Below are positions 39,451 to 44,906 of a stretch of DNA of 44,906 bases, one piece after another. The notes below the pieces were generated by a model. That model had not been told where the DNA came from and searched no databases. It worked only from the letters and a program-made list of their open reading frames with translations. The stretch's first letter is position 1, and each line of letters opens with the position of its first letter. The position numbers were made by a program, and so were the translations under genes. The DNA is from Alphaproteobacteria bacterium 16-39-46 (GTDB lineage Bacteria; Pseudomonadota; Alphaproteobacteria; 16-39-46). The DNA is taken from NCBI GenBank assembly GCA_002257235.1, contig NCGZ01000003.1:1-44906 (forward strand). The letters are read 5' to 3'.

Positions 39451-39762
39451 CTATGCCGAAAAATGATGTCCTTCTGCTTGAATTGTTAAATTAAATCCAG
39501 CGAGATGACACAAGGCTTTAATTGTTTTAAATTCAGGCTTAGAGTGTCCTGAGAAGATACGATACAGGTGTTCACGATTTAAATGAGACTCTTCGGAAAT
39601 TTGTCTCACACTGTAATTGCGTGCTTTAAGCACATTATCGAGGGCAATGCCAGCCATACGGGGATCTTCATCTTCAAAAGCGGCAGCTAAGTAAAGATAG
39701 GCTTCTTGAGGGTCTTTAAGACTTTCAATAAGATAATGGTCATAATTTCGAAGCTTTGGCAT
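39451..39762 (-). CDS. Addiction-module antidote protein (HTH antitoxin)
   Basis: Start re-called at MPKLRNY with RBS aggag; YLIESLKDP..YLAAAFE, LNREHLYR and PEFKTI. The upstream part of the 189-aa ORF is off-frame toxin DNA. Confidence 0.85.
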   Translation of the reverse strand: MPKLRNYDHYLIESLKDPQEAYLYLAAAFEDEDPRMAGIALDNVLKARNYSVRQISEESHLNREHLYRIFSGHSKPEFKTIKALCHLAGFNLTIQAEGHHFSA

Positions 39763-40084
39763 TTGAATTCTCCTGTAATGTCTTAGCATAATTTGTTGCA
39801 ATTTTGATATCTTTTCGTTGTGTTGATTTTTCTCCGGCAGATAACAAGATAATGATATTTTCTTAAGATTTTGCATAATAAACTCTATACCCAGGCCCAT
39901 AATGAATGCGTAATTCAAAAATGTTTGGGCCCAAAGCTTTAGAATCACCAAAGAGACCAAATCTAAGTCAATCAATTCTTGATTTGATAAGAGCAGCCCC
40001 TTTTCTATCTTTAAGATCATCTAGCCACTCAATGAAAGGGGACTTGCCAGAATCAGTTTCAAAATACTGAATAACATAGTTCAT
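39740..40084 (-). pseudogene. RelE/ParE-family addiction-module killer toxin, pseudogene with two nonsense codons
   Basis: MNYVIQYFETDSGKSPFIEWLDDLKDRKGAALIKSRID*LRFGLFGDSKALGPNIFELRIHYGPGYRVYYAKS*ENIIILLSAGEKSTQRKDI; stops at 39968-39970 (TGA) and 39863-39865 (TAA). Confidence 0.9.
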
Positions 40085-40330
40085 TTTTATTGTATCCTAT
40101 AAGCTACCAAAAAGCCGGTGAATTTATTGTGCCTCCCCAAAAATTTTTCTATTAAATTTCCTAAGAAGTGTCAATGTGAGTGGGCTAAAATTTAAGAAGT
40201 TAACTTTTTCTATCAAAAGTTTTGAGGGGTCTTTTTGTCAAAGCGGATCAAACGTTCTTGATCTGAATAAGAATCCCCTATAGGATTTGCCTTGGTTGAA
40301 AAAACAAGAGAAAGAAAGCTCTGAGATCTT

Positions 40331-41404
40331 ATGGCAAAAGCGGATAATATCGATAAAGAGACCCTTAAAACAACGGTGTCACCTTTGACCCAAGAACACC
40401 TCTTGGGACATGAGACTGTTGAAAAAAATTTAAGACGGCTTATCCAAGAGAATAGACTCCCCCATGCCCTTTTAATAACGGGGCCCCAAGGAATCGGAAA
40501 GGCAACGCTTGGGTATCGCTTAAGCCGCTTTTTATGTGCATCAGGGATGGGAGAAGAAGGAGTTCTCGAGAAAGACTCTCTTTATCTTTCTGCTTCTCAT
40601 CCTGTGTTTCGACGGTTTGTTCAACGAAGTTTTGGAGATTTTTTAGCCGTTCCTGAGGGGGAAGAGACTTCTATTTCTGAAATTGGGATTGAGGCGATCC
40701 GGCATCTCATTCAGTTTTTGCATCAAACGCCAAGGGAAGGGAGTGTTCGGTGTGTTTTGATAGATGAGGCCCATTTGATGAACCGAAATGCCGCGAATGC
40801 CCTTTTAAAAATTCTGGAAGCGCCCCCCGCGCATGTTTTCTTAATTCTTGTGACGTCAAAAGAAAATTTCATGTTGCCCACGATCTTATCACGTGTCCAT
40901 AAAATACGTCTGTCTCCCCTCGACAAGAAGATAACGCGCAATATCTTGCGTCAAAATCTTGAAGAGGTGACTGAGGAGGAGATCAATTTCTTAGAGAGCT
41001 TTTCAGAAGGATCTCCGGGATTTGGACAAAACGTTCATGTCTTGGGCGGAAAGGTTTTTTACGATCGTCTTATTTCTTTCTTTGAAGGATGTGCCCTGTC
41101 TCCAAAGGAGCAAGTGATTCCCTTTGACCTGATTCAAGTTTTTTTGGAGAAACATAAGAATGATCGTCTCTCCACGGACGTTATATACGGCTATTTTTTA
41201 AAAGTTCTTGGCATGTTTTTGGGTCTCCAAAAAAATGAATTTTCCTCTCAAAAAAAGATGGTTTTCCTTATGTCTATTGCTGAAAGACTTGGTCTTTGGC
41301 AAAGAGTTCAAGATATATTAAGGGAGGCTTTGGCGTTTGATCTTGATATGAAGCAAGTCTTGAGTTGTGTATTTTTAGAGGTTCATAAGGCATTTTCAGC
41401 TTGA
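40331..41404 (+). CDS. holB: DNA polymerase III delta' subunit
   Basis: RLPHALLITGPQGIGKAT, IDEAHLMNRNAANALLKILE and LPTILSR; holB-metG-tatD-MBL gene order. Confidence 0.93.
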   Translation: MAKADNIDKETLKTTVSPLTQEHLLGHETVEKNLRRLIQENRLPHALLITGPQGIGKATLGYRLSRFLCASGMGEEGVLEKDSLYLSASHPVFRRFVQRSFGDFLAVPEGEETSISEIGIEAIRHLIQFLHQTPREGSVRCVLIDEAHLMNRNAANALLKILEAPPAHVFLILVTSKENFMLPTILSRVHKIRLSPLDKKITRNILRQNLEEVTEEEINFLESFSEGSPGFGQNVHVLGGKVFYDRLISFFEGCALSPKEQVIPFDLIQVFLEKHKNDRLSTDVIYGYFLKVLGMFLGLQKNEFSSQKKMVFLMSIAERLGLWQRVQDILREALAFDLDMKQVLSCVFLEVHKAFSA

Positions 41405-41441
41405 AGTCTTCTGTCTCCTATGAAAAAGTAAGATTTTAAGT

Positions 41442-42974
41442 ATGGAGTTTATAGTGCCTGATCCTTTTTACATTACCACCCCCATTTATTATGTGAATGA
41501 CGTTCCTCATATCGGGAGTGTTTATACCAACGTTGCGTGCGATGTAATGGCACGGTTTGCACGTCTTGATGGGCATGAAGTGAAGTTTTTAACAGGAACA
41601 GATGAGCACGGGCAAAAGGTTGAAAAATCAGCCAAGGATGCCGGTCTTTCTCCTCAAGCTTTTGTGGATAAAATTTCTGAAAATTTTCAGAGTCTGATCC
41701 CCCTCTGTAAACTCTCTTCAGATGATTTTATTCGGACAACAGAAGAGAGGCATATTAAGGGCGTTTTATATTTATGGAACACGCTTGTTGAAAAAGGGTA
41801 TATTTATCTGGACTCTTATAAAGGATGGTATTCTGTTCGAGATGAAGCTTTTTACGGAGAATCGGAGATAAAAGACGGAAAAGCACCGACAGGGGCTCCG
41901 GTGGAATGGGTTGAAGAGCCAAGTTATTTTTTTAAACTTTCAGCGTTTCAGGAAAAACTTCTTAACTATTATGAGAATCATCCAGATTTTATTGGGCCTG
42001 TCTCGCGCCGCAATGAAGTGATCCAATTTGTTAAATCCGGGCTGACAGATCTCTCTGTTTCAAGGACCAGCTTTACATGGGGAATTGAAGTTCCCAATGA
42101 TCCCAAGCATGTTATATATGTATGGCTCGATGCGTTGACAAACTATTTGACGGCTCTTGGGTATCCAGAAAAGACCGAAGATTTTAAAAAATTCTGGCCA
42201 GCCCTACATGTGGTGGGAAAGGATATTTTGAGGTTTCATACGGTTTATTGGCCTGCCTTTTTAATGGCCGCAGATCTCCCCCTTCCAAGCAGAATATTTG
42301 CCCATGGTTTCTGGACAAATGAAGGGCAAAAAATGTCAAAATCTCTTAAAAATACGATTGATCCGGTGGCTTTGATTGAAACGTATGGACTTGATCCCGT
42401 GCGTTATTTTTTAATGCGGGAAATTCCCTTTGGGCAAGACGGAAACTTTTCCAAGGCGCATCTTGTCGGAAGGTTGAATGGGGATTTGGCCAATGATCTT
42501 GGAAACCTGTCGCAGCGTGTTCTTTCTTTCATTCAAAAAAATGCAGAAGGTCGTATTCCGTCAAAAGGTTCTTTGAATCAAGAAGATAAGGACTTGATGG
42601 AAATGTCGTCAAACCTTCTTTCTAAGATCAGACCCATGATTTTAAAAGATCAAGAACTTCATCGTTACATTGAAGAGGTGTGGAAGGTGATTGCGGCATC
42701 AAATCGTTATGTTGATCATCAAGCGCCCTGGGCGCTTAAGAAAACAGATCCAGAGCGCATGGAAACAGTTCTTTATGTACTTTGTACGGCGCTGCAGAAA
42801 ATTGGAATTCTTCTGCAGCCTCTTCTTCCAGATTCAAGTGGAAAAATTTTAGATCAGCTTGCGCTTCCTCTCGACAAAAGAGGATTTGAAGATTTGGAGA
42901 CGCCTCTTCAGACAGGCGTTCTGCTCCCCCCTCCAAGTGTTATTTTTCCAAAATTTAAAGAAGAGAGTGTTTAA
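41442..42974 (+). CDS. metG: Methionyl-tRNA synthetase (short form)
   Basis: FYITTPIYYVNDVPHIGS, TGTDEHGQK, YVWLDAL, GKDILRFH and KMSKS. Confidence 0.99.
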   Translation: MEFIVPDPFYITTPIYYVNDVPHIGSVYTNVACDVMARFARLDGHEVKFLTGTDEHGQKVEKSAKDAGLSPQAFVDKISENFQSLIPLCKLSSDDFIRTTEERHIKGVLYLWNTLVEKGYIYLDSYKGWYSVRDEAFYGESEIKDGKAPTGAPVEWVEEPSYFFKLSAFQEKLLNYYENHPDFIGPVSRRNEVIQFVKSGLTDLSVSRTSFTWGIEVPNDPKHVIYVWLDALTNYLTALGYPEKTEDFKKFWPALHVVGKDILRFHTVYWPAFLMAADLPLPSRIFAHGFWTNEGQKMSKSLKNTIDPVALIETYGLDPVRYFLMREIPFGQDGNFSKAHLVGRLNGDLANDLGNLSQRVLSFIQKNAEGRIPSKGSLNQEDKDLMEMSSNLLSKIRPMILKDQELHRYIEEVWKVIAASNRYVDHQAPWALKKTDPERMETVLYVLCTALQKIGILLQPLLPDSSGKILDQLALPLDKRGFEDLETPLQTGVLLPPPSVIFPKFKEESV

Positions 42975-42976
42975 AC

Positions 42977-43786
42977 GTGGAGAATTCTTATTGGGTTGAT
43001 AGTCATTGTCATCTCTATCCTGATCTTCAAGAAGAAGTGGATCAGGTAATTAAAAATGCGCATGCGGCAAATATTCAAGTGATGCTCTCAATTTGTACCG
43101 ATTTAAAAGAGTTTCCAGGTATCCTCTCTCTTGCCGAAAAGGAGCCGTCTGTTTTCTGTACCATTGGAGCCCATCCCCATGAAACATCTCATCATACTTC
43201 CTTAGCTATTGCTGATTTTTTAGAGGCAACAGTCCATCCAAAAGTTGTGGGAATTGGAGAAACGGGATTGGATTTTTACTACACCCACAGCCCTGAAGAG
43301 ATTCAAAAAGAATCGTTTCGTGTTCATGTTGCTGTCCATAAAGCAACAGGGCTTCCACTTGTGATTCATTCCAGAGACGGTGAAGCTGATCTTTTAAAAA
43401 TTTTAAGAGATGAAAATGTAGGTCCCATAAATGGAAAAGCACCCGGTGTTATTCATTGTTTTAGTGGAACAGAAGAATTTGCTTTTGAGTGTTTAGATCT
43501 TGGGTTTTATATCTCAATTTCAGGCATTGTGACTTTTAAGAAAGCAGATTTTTTGCGTGATATTGTCAAAAAAATTCCCCTTGAAAGAATTCTTGTTGAA
43601 ACGGACGCTCCTTTTTTAGCCCCTGTCCCTTATCGTGGACAAAGAAATGAGCCGGCCTTTATGATTGAGACGGCCAAGTGTGTTGCAGATCTTAAGGGCA
43701 TTTCTTTTGAAGAGTTGCAAACCGTGACAACGGAAAATTTTCATTCTTTATTTTGGAAAGTGCCACGCTGCGCTCCTGAACGATAA
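42977..43786 (+). CDS. tatD: TatD family hydrolase
   Basis: VDSHCHL, GAHPH, IGETGLDF, HSR, IHCFSG and ETDAPFLAP. Confidence 0.97.
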   Translation: MENSYWVDSHCHLYPDLQEEVDQVIKNAHAANIQVMLSICTDLKEFPGILSLAEKEPSVFCTIGAHPHETSHHTSLAIADFLEATVHPKVVGIGETGLDFYYTHSPEEIQKESFRVHVAVHKATGLPLVIHSRDGEADLLKILRDENVGPINGKAPGVIHCFSGTEEFAFECLDLGFYISISGIVTFKKADFLRDIVKKIPLERILVETDAPFLAPVPYRGQRNEPAFMIETAKCVADLKGISFEELQTVTTENFHSLFWKVPRCAPER

Positions 43787-43807
43787 CCTTTTTGAGAGTA
43801 ATTCTAA

Positions 43808-44584
43808 ATGCGCGTGACAATTCTAGGATGTGGTGCGGCTCAAGGAGTTCCTGTATGGGGGCTTGAATGGGGAAAGGGGTGGGGGGCGTGTGATCCTCAA
43901 AACCCTAAAAATAGACGCACCCGTGCTTCTATCTATATTGAAAATAAGGAAGTCTCTCTTTTGGTGGATACGTCCCCAGATCTTAAAGATCAGGGGTTTA
44001 TCAATAAAATTGCCCATATCGATGCTGTTCTTTTTACGCACGCCCATGCAGATCATTGTCATGGGATTAACGATCTTCAATTTTTAGCGCGGACTTGGGA
44101 CAGACTCATTCCTGTTTATGGATCTCAAAAAACGATAAACGCTTTGAAAAACCGCTTTAATTATGCGTTTCAGACACCCGACAGTGCTGCCCCGCATCAC
44201 GGGTCTTTTTTAGCCCCTCACATTATTACTGAGGCCTTTCAGGTTAAAAATGTAACGGTGATTCCCTTTGAACAAGATCATGGATTTGAGATTTCTTTGG
44301 GGTTTCGGGTGCAGAATTTTGCATATTCAACAGATGTTGTTCAACTCAATGATCAGGCCTTTGAAGCGTTGAAGGGCATTGATACTTGGGTCGTTGATTG
44401 TCTTCGGTACGAGCCCAATTTAACCCATGCTCATTTGTCTTTAGCTTTAAGTTGGATCGAACGTGTTCAGCCAAGACGCGCGATCTTAACGCACTTAAAC
44501 TTTGAAATGGACTATGAAGAGCTTTCGAAAAAACTTCCTGCTCACGTCGAAGTAGCCTATGATGGTATGGTTTTCGAGATTTGA
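43808..44584 (+). CDS. MBL-fold metallo-hydrolase (PhnP-like)
   Basis: ILGCG, KNRRTRAS, VDTSPD, THAHADHCHG, AYSTD, LTH and AYDGM. Confidence 0.93.
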   Translation: MRVTILGCGAAQGVPVWGLEWGKGWGACDPQNPKNRRTRASIYIENKEVSLLVDTSPDLKDQGFINKIAHIDAVLFTHAHADHCHGINDLQFLARTWDRLIPVYGSQKTINALKNRFNYAFQTPDSAAPHHGSFLAPHIITEAFQVKNVTVIPFEQDHGFEISLGFRVQNFAYSTDVVQLNDQAFEALKGIDTWVVDCLRYEPNLTHAHLSLALSWIERVQPRRAILTHLNFEMDYEELSKKLPAHVEVAYDGMVFEI

Positions 44585-44906
44585 GGTTCAAGTTAATTGA
44601 ATTTCAAAAAAACAAAAAAACTTGAAAATGAGATATTAATTTATCATGAGGCGCTCGAAAACTCCTTTCTTTAGGGTATTCAGTCTATTTTGAAGGTGGT
44701 TGCTTGAGCCTCATTTCTTATGAACTTAGACATACAGCTGGAGAAGAGTTGAAATCTGATCTTTTATGGGGTAGAATACCTAAATGCGAACGAATAAATA
44801 AATTAACATTATACCTTTCGCGATTGAAGAGTTGGTGTTGTGAGATGGCAACGACCAAGTTAAATTTCTGAAAAAACCCAGACGGAAAAAATTAATGAGT
44901 AGTATC

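Noticed and set aside
39763-40020. N-terminal extension of the 189-aa antitoxin ORF
   Set aside because: Off-frame reading of the toxin pseudogene; an aggag RBS supports the start at 39762.
39740-40084. Alternative genetic code or stop-codon readthrough explaining the toxin's internal stops
   Set aside because: Two different stop codons are involved, and TGA, TAA and TAG all terminate ordinary genes in this window.
1-44906. CRISPR arrays, tRNA/rRNA genes, transposases, integrases, prophage, retron or DGR components
   Set aside because: No regularly spaced repeats, cloverleaf or rRNA sequence, and no transposase, integrase or reverse-transcriptase motifs seen.

Overview
AT-rich chromosomal window from what looks like an intracellular alphaproteobacterium of the Holosporales/Rickettsiales type. 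This is inferred from an ATP/ADP translocase, alphaproteobacterial gene order and many signal-peptide orphan proteins. The housekeeping backbone is ileS-lspA-DUF3035-pgi, mutL, an MlaE/MlaF/MlaD/PqiC-like operon, DUF952, rpiB, glyA-nrdR-nusB (no rib genes between nrdR and nusB), tlc, a fused ABC exporter, a K+-independent H+-PPase and holB-metG-tatD-MBL. About nine Sec-signal orphan proteins interrupt it, several predicted to begin Met-Glu/Asp after cleavage. The strongest candidate novel system is a tandem pair of giant paralogous secreted proteins (1533 and 1288 aa). They share an unrecognised large domain and RI-like LRRs that contain a glycine-zipper hydrophobic segment. Each also carries an acidic WxxI/V motif of the ATG8/LC3-interacting (AIM/LIR) type, which suggests membrane-anchored autophagy-receptor mimics. 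Also present are a 1245-aa helical-repeat protein with a putative Cys-catalytic C-terminal domain, two convergent toxin-antitoxin modules whose toxins both look disarmed, a 45-bp duplicated promoter-like element and an unannotated pseudogene. All family assignments are from motif recognition; no database searches were run.
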